Shown here in pieces: positions 8,157 through 18,112 of a stretch of DNA of 25,849 nucleotides. Under the pieces are notes generated by a model that saw only the letters and a program-made list of their open reading frames with translations, did no database searches and was not told where the DNA came from. The translations under genes and the position numbers were made by a program. This DNA is from a virus (Duplodnaviria; Heunggongvirae; Uroviricota; Caudoviricetes), in IMG/VR virus record IMGVR_UViG_2909246061_000004. One strand, given 5' to 3'. The stretch's first letter is position 1, and every line of letters begins with the position of its first letter.

Positions 8157-8470
8157 TGTTTTTCCCTTAGTCGAATTGTATAAAAATACTAACATGGCCT
8201 GCTCCACGTTGACTACTATCCCCTCCTTTGAGTAATGCCTTCATCAGATGTAACAACATTTGCGAGCTTCCACAGTTCGCTCAAAGCGGACTAGAAGGTT
8301 AGCTTGCGTCGGACTTGGCGTATTTAAAGAAGTGCTGGTGGAGACTGGTTGTTGTGTTCCATTTCTACAGAACAAAATCACAGAAACTATACCCAATAGT
8401 TATATTGAATCAATGATGAGACAGCCTCATATTTATCAGGACTGGTGTACGTCCAATACAGGAGGTTGTC

Positions 8471-8560
8471 GTGCTGGTTCTCAAATGTGCGCTAGCTATT
8501 GCGGCTGTAATGGCAATTTATTGTCTTGCTGTTGTTCTTACGGATCGCCTTTCTGATTGA
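8471..8560 (+). CDS. Candidate small hydrophobic peptide (29 aa, MLVLKCALAIAAVMAIYCLAVVLTDRLSD), GTG start
   Basis: AGGAGG at 8460..8465 sits 5 nt before the GTG at 8471; possible promoter TTGAAT-N17-CATATT at 8405..8433; product is one transmembrane-length hydrophobic helix; too short for the ORF track. Confidence 0.25.
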   Translation: MLVLKCALAIAAVMAIYCLAVVLTDRLSD

Positions 8561-8771
8561 TTTTATATTGGCGAGGTGACGTGAGTTAAGTAGAATTGCT
8601 GCGGGTGCTTGAGGCTATCTGCCTCAGGCATGAACACCAAAGGCAGATAGAGAAAAGCCCCAGTTAACATTACGCGTCCTGCAAGACGCTTAACATTAAT
8701 CTGAGGCCAATTTCATGCTAGACACATGTAGGTTAGCCTCTTACGTGCCGAAAGGCAAGGAGAAGCAGGCT

Positions 8772-8927
8772 ATGAAGCAGCAAAAGGCGATGTTAATCGC
8801 CCTGATCGTCATCTGTTTAACCGTCATAGTGACGGCACTGGTAACGAGGAAAGACCTCTGCGAGGTACGAATCCGAACCGGCCAGACGGAGGTCGCTGTC
8901 TTCACAGCTTACGAACCTGAGGAGTAA
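8772..8927 (+). CDS. hokD: Hok-family type I toxin (51 aa), HokD/RelF-like
   Basis: MKQQKAMLIALIVICLTVIVTALVTRKDLCEVRIRTGQTEVAVFTAYEPEE matches remembered HokD; AAGGAG RBS; structured leader upstream and terminator downstream. Confidence 0.85.
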   Translation: MKQQKAMLIALIVICLTVIVTALVTRKDLCEVRIRTGQTEVAVFTAYEPEE

Positions 8928-8997
8928 GAGACCAGGCGAGGGAGAAATCCCTCGCCACCTCTGATGTGTCAGGCATCCTCAATGCACCCGCACTTAA

Positions 8998-9020
8998 CCC
9001 GCTTCGGCGGGTTTATTTTA
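8998..9020 (+). terminator. Rho-independent terminator after hok
   Basis: CCCGC-TTCG-GCGGG hairpin followed by TTTATTTTA. Confidence 0.6.
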
Positions 9021-9385
9021 TCTGTAAATATTTTTATAAAAATAATGCCCACACACAGCATAAAACAAAAAGTATCACAGATAAAAAAGGAGCGTAATGT
9101 GCAGATTTGTTGTTTTCCATATTTACTCACTTTAACATAATCAATATTGATATGGTTGTTGTTTTGGTGGTTTCAAACGAGATGTTATGGTGATCTGGTA
9201 AAATTGCATAACATTAAAATTTAATTTATCTAATCGCTTTTAATAATAAGCGTTGTGTTTATCCCAACAATCTGTTGTTTGACTTTTATTCCATTAATGT
9301 AGGGGCTTTACACTGGAACCAGTTTATTTATACTTTATACGCCAGCCTGAACAACTGGCACCTGCTGCGCCAGCAGAGACAACCG

Positions 9386-9664
9386 ATGGCGCACGATACC
9401 AAATTACACAATTCTGATGATTCTGCCGTCTTTGCCAGCAGGTGCGGACGGCGTTTTCATGCATTCAAATCGGACTGGTTCCAGCATCCACCATGCACTG
9501 AAGAGCAGGCTGAATGGATAATTCAGTGTTACCGCAGGCGCGGATACGAGGTTAAAAAAGCCCTTAGCCTCGACTACCGTCACTGGATAATCTCAGTCAG
9601 ATTGCCTTACTCCGAACGCCCACCGCGTCCGTCCCGTACATTCCAGCAACGCCTCTGGAGGTAA
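9386..9664 (+). CDS. Hypothetical protein (92 aa), rem-position gene
   Basis: Internal ATG of ORF 9275..9664; stop overlaps the RBS of the next gene; assignment is positional only. Confidence 0.35.
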   Translation: MAHDTKLHNSDDSAVFASRCGRRFHAFKSDWFQHPPCTEEQAEWIIQCYRRRGYEVKKALSLDYRHWIISVRLPYSERPPRPSRTFQQRLWR

Positions 9665-9665
9665 C

Positions 9666-10715
9666 GTGCGGGTATTACTTCGACCTGTTCTGGTACCGGA
9701 ACTCGGGCTGGTGGTCGTTAAGCCGGGCCGTGAATCCATGCCGGTATTCCACAATACCCGGGTACTGGTGGAGCCGGAACCGAAAAGCATGCGTAATCTG
9801 CCGTCCGGGGTCGTTCCTGCCGTTCGCCAGCCGCTGGTGGAAGACAAAACATTGCTGCCGTTTTTCAGTAACGCACGGGTAATTCGTGCTGCTGGTGGTG
9901 CTGGTGCATTGTCTGACTGGCTGTTGCGCCATATTAAATCCTGCCAGTGGCCACACGGCGATTATCATCACAGCGAAACCGTTATTCACCGATATGGTAC
10001 CGGCGCAATGGTGTTGTGCTGGCACTGCGACAACCAGCTGCGTGACCAGACATCCGAATCACTCGAGCAACTTGCTCATCAAAACCTGTCAGCATGGATG
10101 ATTGACGTCATCGGTCACGCAATAAGCGGTACGCAGGAGCGTGAATTATCTCTGGCTGAATTATCCTGGTGGGCGGTCCGCAATCAGCTGGCGGACGCGC
10201 TACCGGAAGCGGTATTACGTCGCTCGCTGGGATTACCAGCGGAAAAAATCTGCTCGGTGTACCGCGAAAGCGACATCGTACCGGGAGAGCAGACCGCCAC
10301 CAGCATATTGAAACAGCGCACAAAAAATCTTGCACCGTTGCCTCACGCCCACCAGCAACAAAACCCATCACAGGAAAAGACGGTGGTAAGCATCACCGTT
10401 GATCCAGAGTCTCCGGAATCTTTCATGAAGCTGCCTAAACGTCACCGGTGGGTTAAGGAGAAATACACACGCTGGGTTAAGACACAGCCGTGTGCTTGCT
10501 GCGGTATGCCAGCCGACGATCCGCATCATCTGATTGGTCACGGGCAGGGCGGAATGGGAACCAAAGCACATGATCTCTTTGTTTTGCCTTTGTGCAGAAA
10601 GCATCACGACGAGTTGCATACGGATACCGTGGCATTTGAAGAGAAGTATGGCTCCCAACTGGAGCTGATTTTTCGATTTATCGATCGCGCGCTGGCAATT
10701 GGTGTGCTGGCCTAA
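9666..10715 (+). CDS. DUF968-type nin-region protein (YdfU-like, 349 aa), GTG start
   Basis: GGAGG RBS before the GTG at 9666; C-terminal Cys/His cluster ([18 protein letters not shown]...CRKHHDELH) typical of DUF968; same length as remembered YdfU. Confidence 0.55.
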   Translation: MRVLLRPVLVPELGLVVVKPGRESMPVFHNTRVLVEPEPKSMRNLPSGVVPAVRQPLVEDKTLLPFFSNARVIRAAGGAGALSDWLLRHIKSCQWPHGDYHHSETVIHRYGTGAMVLCWHCDNQLRDQTSESLEQLAHQNLSAWMIDVIGHAISGTQERELSLAELSWWAVRNQLADALPEAVLRRSLGLPAEKICSVYRESDIVPGEQTATSILKQRTKNLAPLPHAHQQQNPSQEKTVVSITVDPESPESFMKLPKRHRWVKEKYTRWVKTQPCACCGMPADDPHHLIGHGQGGMGTKAHDLFVLPLCRKHHDELHTDTVAFEEKYGSQLELIFRFIDRALAIGVLA

Positions 10716-10732
10716 TTTTGTGGAGTAAGTTG

Positions 10733-11110
10733 ATGCGTGATATTCAGATGGTTCTTGAGCGTTGGGGGGCATGGGCGGCTAATAATCATGAAGATGTGAC
10801 CTGGTCGTCCATTGCCGCCGGTTTTAAGGGATTAATTCCTTCAAAAGTAAGATCTCGTCCGCAATGCTGTGACGATGACGCGATGATCATTTGTGAATGT
10901 ATGGCTCGCCTGAAAAAAAACAACAGCGATTTACATGATTTATTGGTGGACTATTATGTCGGCGGCATGACTTTTATGGCGCTTGCACATAAGCATGGGC
11001 GATCTGATTGTTGGGTTGGCAGGATGCTCCAGAAAGCTGAGGGCGTAGTGGAGGGCATGCTGATGGTGTTGGATCTCCGATTGGAGATGGATGCTGATTG
11101 TTCGAAATAA
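10733..11110 (+). CDS. Late-gene antiterminator Q (phage 82/21-type, QuuD-like)
   Basis: [31 protein letters not shown]... matches the remembered Q-family N-terminus; located immediately before a terminator and the lysis region. Confidence 0.7.
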   Translation: MRDIQMVLERWGAWAANNHEDVTWSSIAAGFKGLIPSKVRSRPQCCDDDAMIICECMARLKKNNSDLHDLLVDYYVGGMTFMALAHKHGRSDCWVGRMLQKAEGVVEGMLMVLDLRLEMDADCSK

Positions 11111-11122
11111 TTAAAGGAAAAG

Positions 11123-11151
11123 TTGCTGTCTGATTTTCATTAGTCTAACAT
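11123..11151 (+). promoter_or_regulatory. Candidate late promoter pR' (TTGCTG-N17-TAACAT)
   Basis: Sigma70-like hexamers between the Q stop and the downstream terminator; positional analogy to lambda pR'. Confidence 0.2.
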
Positions 11152-11210
11152 TTTAAATGTTGGAATCGCAACGTAGTTATTATCATATAACAGCTTGTTT
11201 CCTGATTTAG

Positions 11211-11237
11211 CCAGCCTCCCCAAAGGCTGGTTTTTTT
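11211..11237 (+). terminator. Rho-independent terminator, likely tR' (target of Q antitermination)
   Basis: CCAGCCT-CCCCAA-AGGCTGG hairpin followed by TTTTTTT, about 100 bp after the Q stop. Confidence 0.5.
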
Positions 11238-11265
11238 CTAATAAGTATCATTTCGGGTGGGGATT

Positions 11266-11790
11266 TTATTGTTTAACCCATAATAGTTCATTGACATTGA
11301 ATCCCAACTTTTGAGCGGTACGCACATAGTCTGCTTTTACATTATCTGGAATAGTTTGGGTCCTTGCCAGAATCCATAGGTATTCTCTGTTCGGACCACT
11401 GACAAGAGCATACTTATACTCATCATCCAGTTTGATTACATTATAGCCACCATAGAAGGGGCCAAAAAACGAAACTTTCAACGCTGCAGTTTTAGTATCT
11501 CCAGTAAAGTATGCTTTACCTTCGCTCTCGCTCCATTTGTTTTTCGTTGGATCGTATCCACGGTTAAGTACGCGAATCCCTCCGTCGTTCCGTTTTTCAT
11601 AAGTAGCGCTGACCTGTTCCAGACCACGTTCGAACCAGTTCTCGAGGCGAGCTATTTCATACCATTTTCCGAGGTAGCGGTTGGCGTCAAAATTTGTAAT
11701 CGGCTGCACACCTTTAGGTGGTGTCGGGGCCTTACATGCTATAAGAGTGAAAGAGAGTGCAATGCCAGTCAACACAGGCCATAACTTCAT
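11266..11790 (-). CDS. blc: Outer-membrane lipocalin Blc-like lipoprotein (cargo gene)
   Basis: Signal peptide with lipobox LIAC, then NFDANRYLGKWYEIARLENWFERGLE and SFFGPFYGGYNVI motifs matching remembered E. coli Blc. Confidence 0.7.
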   Translation of the reverse strand: MKLWPVLTGIALSFTLIACKAPTPPKGVQPITNFDANRYLGKWYEIARLENWFERGLEQVSATYEKRNDGGIRVLNRGYDPTKNKWSESEGKAYFTGDTKTAALKVSFFGPFYGGYNVIKLDDEYKYALVSGPNREYLWILARTQTIPDNVKADYVRTAQKLGFNVNELLWVKQ

Positions 11791-11982
11791 AATAAATCCT
11801 GTACTTTTGATAGTTGAGAGTAAGTATGAAAGATAGATGAGTACGACCGATCACTTAAAGAACTTTCCTACTATATTAGGAATAGTCAATAACAGAAAAA
11901 TTGTCAGTGATGAAGCCAGAAAGGCAATTTAGTCCGTGCACTACAAAGTTTATGTGTTAATGAATTAGTCAAGGGGGAGGAA

Positions 11983-12942
11983 ATGATAAAAAAACCTGTG
12001 ATTGGGATCAGCGGTTGTTTGGGCGGTTCTGCTGTTCGTTTTGATGGTGGTCACAAAAGAGATGACTTTTTAATGGACAAATTAGTGGAATGGGTAACAT
12101 TCAGACCAGTATGTCCGGAAATGGCTATAGGGCTGCCAGTTCCGCGTCCTGCTCTACGACTTGTGCGCTCGAAGCAAGGAAATATACGGATGTGTTTCAG
12201 CCACGACCAGAATGAGGATGTGACAGAGAGAATGACAGAGTTTAGTCGTTCTTATATGGACAAATTAAAGGATGTATCGGGGTTTGTGGTTTGTGCTAAA
12301 TCTCCCAGCTGTGGCATGGAGCGCGTGCGTGTCTATGATGAAAATGGTAATCGAGGTCGTAAAGATGGAGTGGGACTATTTACGAGCACTTTGATGGAAA
12401 AGTTTTCCTGGCTACCGGTTGAAGAGGATGGGCGATTACATGATCCAGTGCTTCGTGAGAATTTTATTGAAAGAGTTTTTGCTTTGCATGAGCTCAATCA
12501 CCTTTACAAGGAGAAATTATCAAGAAGAGAGTTATTAGCTTTTCATAGTCGTTATAAGCTTCAGTTGTTGGCGCATAGCCAGGCAGGCTATAAAGATATG
12601 GGACCATTTGTGGCTGCAATACACGAGTGGGCGGACCTTGAATCATACTTTGAGGTGTATCGTGATAATCTGATGGCGATTCTCAGAAAACCAGCATCAC
12701 GTAAAAATCACACGAATGTGCTGATGCATATACAGGGGTATTTTAGTAATTACTTAAGTACACGCCAGCGTAAAGAGTTGAGCGAGGTTATACTTAACTA
12801 TCGCTTTGGCACATTGCCTCTTCTTGCGCCGTTGACTCTGCTGAAGCATTATCTGGGTGAGTATCCTAATGATTACTTGCTTACACAGAATTACTTCGAT
12901 CCCTATCCGGAAGAACTGGCTCTAAGACTGATGGTGAATTAA
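11983..12942 (+). CDS. DUF523-DUF1722 two-domain protein (TudS/RudS-like putative thiouridine desulfidase)
   Basis: ATG with GGGGGAGG RBS; N-terminus IGISGCLGG..VRFDGGHK typical of DUF523, C-terminal half resembles YbgA-like DUF1722; domain call from memory. Confidence 0.5.
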   Translation: MIKKPVIGISGCLGGSAVRFDGGHKRDDFLMDKLVEWVTFRPVCPEMAIGLPVPRPALRLVRSKQGNIRMCFSHDQNEDVTERMTEFSRSYMDKLKDVSGFVVCAKSPSCGMERVRVYDENGNRGRKDGVGLFTSTLMEKFSWLPVEEDGRLHDPVLRENFIERVFALHELNHLYKEKLSRRELLAFHSRYKLQLLAHSQAGYKDMGPFVAAIHEWADLESYFEVYRDNLMAILRKPASRKNHTNVLMHIQGYFSNYLSTRQRKELSEVILNYRFGTLPLLAPLTLLKHYLGEYPNDYLLTQNYFDPYPEELALRLMVN

Positions 12943-13348
12943 CTGTATGCGATATCATCTGAAAGTGATGAGTTCCTGTATGCAGGATATTTACAATCGT
13001 AAAAACTACGCTATGATGCTCATAGTGTCAGTTTTTATAAAAATCCTGTTCACGCTAAAGAAAACATTGAGATGCAATTTAATGTTGGTAAACATACCAG
13101 CCCCAAAAGATTTTATTCAATCTGTTTTTATATGAAGATATTTCAAGTGAATATAAAGAGCATATAATATTATTATTGCACGCAGCTATTATAATATAAC
13201 AGATTAGTTTAATGATTTGTTTTTTGTGAGTTAAACACATGGTTTTATAGTTGTGATGCAATGAGATTTTCCTTATTGTTGAACTGGCGAATATTGATTT
13301 TCCACCTATACTTACCTGGTGTAACCCCAATGATATCAGGTGGATAAT

Positions 13349-14062
13349 ATGTCATACATATGTTCTATCATTTTGGTGTTGAACTCGTTTGGTGTCCGAA
13401 TTGGTAAAGAAGATATTTTGTTTAAAAAAGGAAATGCTGTCCTCATTGAATACAATTTAAAAGATCTTTTTTCGTCAAATACAGATCATCTAATGATCGT
13501 AGATGTTGAGGAGAAAACAGTTAATGATTTCTTTAAAAACTACACACTCTCACCTTTTTCTGTAAGAAGGTTTTATCCGTCATACTTGATAGTAGAATGT
13601 GAAGATTTTTCATTGTTAAAGAACTTGGTTGCATGCTTGAATTGTGATAGCAAAACCGTGGATGTAGTTAGAAATCAAATATCACTTGCATGTCTTGCTG
13701 TCTTATCTTCAGAGAAAATAGTGCAAAGTTTTTTGTTCGGAAGTCTTAATAGCTTAGGTTGTAAAGTTAAGGCTATTATTCACTCGGATATCTCAGCGTC
13801 ATGGAGACTTTGTGATATATCTTCAAGATTATATATGAGCGAGAGTTTGTTAAAAAGAAAATTAAAAGACGAAGGATTATCGTTTAGTAAATTAATTCTT
13901 GAAGAACGAATGATGATGGCGCAAAGATTATTGATCTACAGTAACCATACTGTCGGCAAGGTGGCGGGAATATGCGGGTATGACAATGCATCATATTTTG
14001 TAAGTGTTTTTAGAGGATATTTTGGTGTGCCTCCGCACCAATATTTATCAAGATTTTCTTAG
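13349..14062 (+). CDS. AraC/XylS-family transcriptional regulator, AppY/GadX/Rns-like
   Basis: ATG at 13349 with AGGTGG RBS; N-terminus MSYICSIILV resembles AppY; C-terminal double-HTH region (KVAGICGYDNASYFVSVFRGYFGVPPHQY); very AT-rich upstream region and AT-rich coding sequence. Confidence 0.7.
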   Translation: MSYICSIILVLNSFGVRIGKEDILFKKGNAVLIEYNLKDLFSSNTDHLMIVDVEEKTVNDFFKNYTLSPFSVRRFYPSYLIVECEDFSLLKNLVACLNCDSKTVDVVRNQISLACLAVLSSEKIVQSFLFGSLNSLGCKVKAIIHSDISASWRLCDISSRLYMSESLLKRKLKDEGLSFSKLILEERMMMAQRLLIYSNHTVGKVAGICGYDNASYFVSVFRGYFGVPPHQYLSRFS

Positions 14063-14131
14063 AAGATATGATGTGATGGCATTTTATAAAGTTATTTTTT
14101 GAAGTGTAAGATTATACGATATTTTTAGCTA

Positions 14132-14160
14132 CGCCAGAATAATTGCTGGCGTTTTTCTTT
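14132..14160 (+). terminator. Rho-independent terminator after the AraC-family gene
   Basis: CGCCAG-loop-CTGGCG hairpin followed by TTTTTCTTTTT. Confidence 0.45.
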
Positions 14161-14252
14161 TTGAATAGATGTTCGGGCCTTACGCTAATGTAACTTCTTT
14201 CCTTCTTCGAACCAAACCGTGTACACCATCCGTTATCTGCGGAGGTGAGGCT

Positions 14253-14468
14253 ATGAAATCCATGGATAAGTTAACAACGGGCATCGCCTACAGCACCTCT
14301 GCAGGCAGTGCTGGCTACTGGTTTTTACAGTTGCTCGATAAAGTCACGCCCTCACAGTGGGCGGCAATAGGTGTATTGGGTAGTCTGGTATTTGGCATGC
14401 TGACGTATCTGACAAATCTTTATTTCAAGATTAAAGAAGACAGGCGTAAGACTGCGAGAGGAGAGTAA
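14253..14468 (+). CDS. Pinholin (phage 21 S21-like), dual-start MKSM motif
   Basis: [66 protein letters not shown] closely matches remembered S21; GGAGGTGAGG RBS. Confidence 0.8.
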   Translation: MKSMDKLTTGIAYSTSAGSAGYWFLQLLDKVTPSQWAAIGVLGSLVFGMLTYLTNLYFKIKEDRRKTARGE

Positions 14469-14472
14469 TCCA

Positions 14473-14780
14473 ATGACTCAAGACTATGAACTGGTTGTGA
14501 AAGGAGTCCGTAATTTTGAGAATAAAGTTACGGTAACTGTAGCCTTACAGGACAAAGAACGCTTTGACGGTGAAATTTTTGGCCTGGATGTCGCCATGGA
14601 CCGTGTTGAAGGAGCTGCGCTGGAGTTTTATGAGGCAGCAGCCAGAATGAGCGTCCGGCAAGTCTTCCTGGAAGTAGCAGAAAAATTGTCAGAAAAAGTT
14701 GAGTCTTATCTGCAGCATCAGTACTCCTTTAAGATTGAAAATCCTGCCAATAAGCACGAGCGTCCTCATCATAAATATCT

Positions 14781-14784
<4 letters not shown>
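14473..14784 (+). CDS. YdfR-like protein between holin and endolysin (103 aa)
   Basis: Position and length match remembered Qin ydfR; no function inferred. Confidence 0.45.
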
Positions 14785-15808
<1,024 letters not shown>

Positions 15809-16171
15809 GGTAATATTAAATCGGAACATTTACATCGCGGAATGTAAAATTTAAATAAAAAGGACTCTTCCATGAGCCAAAATTCCTGAAATCTTAAGGG
15901 TAAGATAAAAGGTCTTAATCAGAATGACACGTTATTATTAATAAATAAAGCTATTCTTTCATTGCTGTGTTTTTCTTTACAAAAGTAATCCTTGCTATGG
16001 GTGGTTAATCATGCGTTAATGGTGTTCTGGTTTGTTACAAATTTATCTGAAGCAGTCATTGTTATAATTTTATTATTTGTACCTCTTGAGATTTCCTTGT
16101 TGGTTTTTCTCTCTGATATTTTTTTTCGGACCATTCTGCCCAAGGGCTAATTTCTTCAAAAGGTAATAATT

Positions 16172-16384
16172 ATGTCTAACAAAATGACTGGTTTAGTGAA
16201 ATGGTTTAACCCTGAAAAAGGTTTTGGTTTCATCACGCCGAAAGATGGCAGCAAAGATGTGTTTGTCCATTTCTCAGCAATTCAGAGCAACGATTTCAAA
16301 ACATTAACTGAGAATCAGGAAGTTGAATTTGGTATTGAGAACGGACCTAAAGGTCCTGCCGCTGTTCATGTAGTGGCGCTTTGA
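16172..16384 (+). CDS. cspI: Cold-shock protein CspI
   Basis: [53 protein letters not shown]... matches remembered CspI; long AT-rich 5' leader typical of csp genes. Confidence 0.85.
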   Translation: MSNKMTGLVKWFNPEKGFGFITPKDGSKDVFVHFSAIQSNDFKTLTENQEVEFGIENGPKGPAAVHVVAL

Positions 16385-16591
16385 GGTAGACAATATTACA
16401 AACCATATTCACTTTAGATGCCCGTGTTGTCATGGTTCCCAGTATAGAACATCATCTTTTGATGTTTCTGACATGAATCCTTTCGGGGCAAAATGTATCT
16501 TTTGTAAATCAATGATGATTACATTTGATAATATTTCACAATACTTAAATGCCAGCCGTCTGTCGTTGGATTTAAAAAAGTGAAAATGAAG

Positions 16592-16612
16592 GCTCCTTCG
16601 GGAGCTTTTTTG
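16592..16612 (+). terminator. Rho-independent terminator downstream of cspI
   Basis: GCTCC-TTCG-GGAGC tetraloop hairpin followed by TTTTTT. Confidence 0.5.
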
Positions 16613-16655
16613 CTTGGTATCTATTCGATGGATACTCACATACTACGGTAACATC

Positions 16656-16886
16656 ATGAAAAAAATCATAGTTTTTTTTAACTCTGAACCAGCAGTGGTA
16701 GTGCCAGCGATGACTGGAGTTAACACCATCATGCGTGAATATCCAAATGGCGAAAAAACACACCTTACTGTAATGGCCGCAGGGTTTCCATCTCTGACCG
16801 GAGATCATAAAGTCATTTATGTAGCAGCGGATCGACATGTAACTTCAGAAGAAATTCTGGAAGCAGCAATGAGACTCTTGAATTGA
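16656..16886 (+). CDS. Hypothetical small protein upstream of gnsB
   Basis: Internal ATG (MKKIIVFFNSEP...) of ORF 16614..16886; weak RBS; no family recognised. Confidence 0.35.
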   Translation: MKKIIVFFNSEPAVVVPAMTGVNTIMREYPNGEKTHLTVMAAGFPSLTGDHKVIYVAADRHVTSEEILEAAMRLLN

Positions 16887-17058
16887 TTTGATTCTAATGC
16901 ATTGATAATAAATGATAATCATCTTTATCTGTTTGTGTGAAATTTAGACCGTCGTATGTTGATTATTGCGATGTTTCATCTTATCTTTTATACGTTTGCT
17001 CCATATAATTGACACTACTGTGTACCAGGACAGTCATAACAGACTAAAAGAGGAAATG

Positions 17059-17232
17059 ATGAACATTGAAGAGTTAAAAACAAAAACAGAAGCAGATATT
17101 TCTGAATATATAACAAAAAAAATCATTGAGCTTAAGAAAAAGACCGGGAAAGAAGTTACCAGTATCCAGTTTACTGCACGGGAAAAAATGACTGGTCTTG
17201 AAAGCTATGATATCAAGATTGATTTAATCTAG
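17059..17232 (+). CDS. gnsB: GnsB (GnsA/GnsB family, 57 aa)
   Basis: MNIEELKTKTEADISEYITKKIIELKKKTGKEVTSIQFTAREKMTGLESYDIKIDLI matches remembered GnsB; AGAGGA RBS. Confidence 0.8.
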   Translation: MNIEELKTKTEADISEYITKKIIELKKKTGKEVTSIQFTAREKMTGLESYDIKIDLI

Positions 17233-17527
17233 CATGTTTATAGTATTAGCATCAATTTCTCATCAGATGCTATTCAACAATACAAATTACCCATAAACCT
17301 CGTTTTTACGGGGTTTTGTTATATTTAAACATTACCGAATAGATATAAATCTCGATTGTCGATGGTATTGGTTATGTGACAATACCTAGTCTTTCCGGTA
17401 TGCCTGAAGAGAATACAAACGACAGATTATGTAAGGGAAACGCGCTGAAACTTTCACTCTTTCATGCTGAGTGATTTGACGTTATATTTTTAGCCGCAAG
17501 TGAAGAGCAAACGAATGGAGCGACAAA

Positions 17528-17734
17528 ATGCATAAAGATCAATACACTGATGCCCCCTCCCAGGAGCAGGTTCGTGTAAAAACTATGCTTAATAGCACCA
17601 TTTCGATGGGTTACCCGGATGTTGTAATTGCATGTATAGAACATCAAGTATCTCTGGAAGCATTCAGGGCAATTGAGGCCGCGTTAGTAAAGCACGATAA
17701 GAATACGAAGGATTATTCCCTGGTGGTTGACTGA
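17528..17734 (+). CDS. Hypothetical small prophage protein (68 aa)
   Basis: ATG with ATGGAG-like RBS; no family recognised. Confidence 0.35.
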   Translation: MHKDQYTDAPSQEQVRVKTMLNSTISMGYPDVVIACIEHQVSLEAFRAIEAALVKHDKNTKDYSLVVD

Positions 17735-18100
17735 TCACCATAACTGCTAACCATTCTGACCATTTCACAAGTGACAGAGTCAATATCGTATTCTGTCACT
17801 GTAAGGCTAATACAGTACTGCAATTCAACTACAGCAATGCCTCGTATTTAGGTGAATTTACAATATCGTCCAGTTCGGATGCCGGCTGCATTTCTGAAGA
17901 TAAGGCATTTCGGTTCGCGTATTTTCCCCTCATGCTCGTCAGTCCTGCGCGTAGTAAGAAACAGGACACTCACACTAATTTGTGTGGGCATGCTGTGATG
18001 TCCTTCTGAATTATCCCCATGCCATTATGTAAAGCTCTGTTTCAGATGCTCGTCACGGTTGTCAGGCTGTCGGGTCCTCCCAGTGGGGGTCCCTGCCACG

Positions 18101-18112
18101 GGGCGGGAGCGT
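18101..18112 (+). other. cosN-like cohesive-end site (GGGCGGGAGCGT) about 190 bp upstream of the small terminase gene
   Basis: ACGGGGCGGGAGCGTCGCGG resembles remembered lambda cos ACGGGGCGGCGACCTCGCGG, at the same distance from the Nu1-like start as in lambda. Confidence 0.45.

Noticed and set aside
8260-8556. 98-aa ORF with a cysteine-rich C-terminus (…CRAGSQMCASYCGCNGNLLSCCCSYGSPF) that looks like a bacteriocin or metallothionein-like peptide
   Set aside because: No Shine-Dalgarno before its internal ATGs, whereas the overlapping +1 frame has a strong AGGAGG-GTG start encoding a hydrophobic peptide; the Cys run is more likely an out-of-frame artefact of TGY-rich sequence.
11111-14250. Looked for tRNA genes between Q and the lysis genes, as in Stx phages, and for CRISPR-like repeat arrays anywhere in the window
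   Set aside because: No cloverleaf-compatible GC-rich 75-90 nt segments and no regularly spaced direct repeats were seen; the only phased repeats are the replication iterons.
16418-16570. Short Cys-X2-Cys-containing frame (CPCCHGSQY...CIFCK) downstream of cspI as a possible zinc-ribbon micro-protein
   Set aside because: No in-frame start with an RBS upstream of the first Cys pair; most likely cspI 3'-UTR and terminator sequence.
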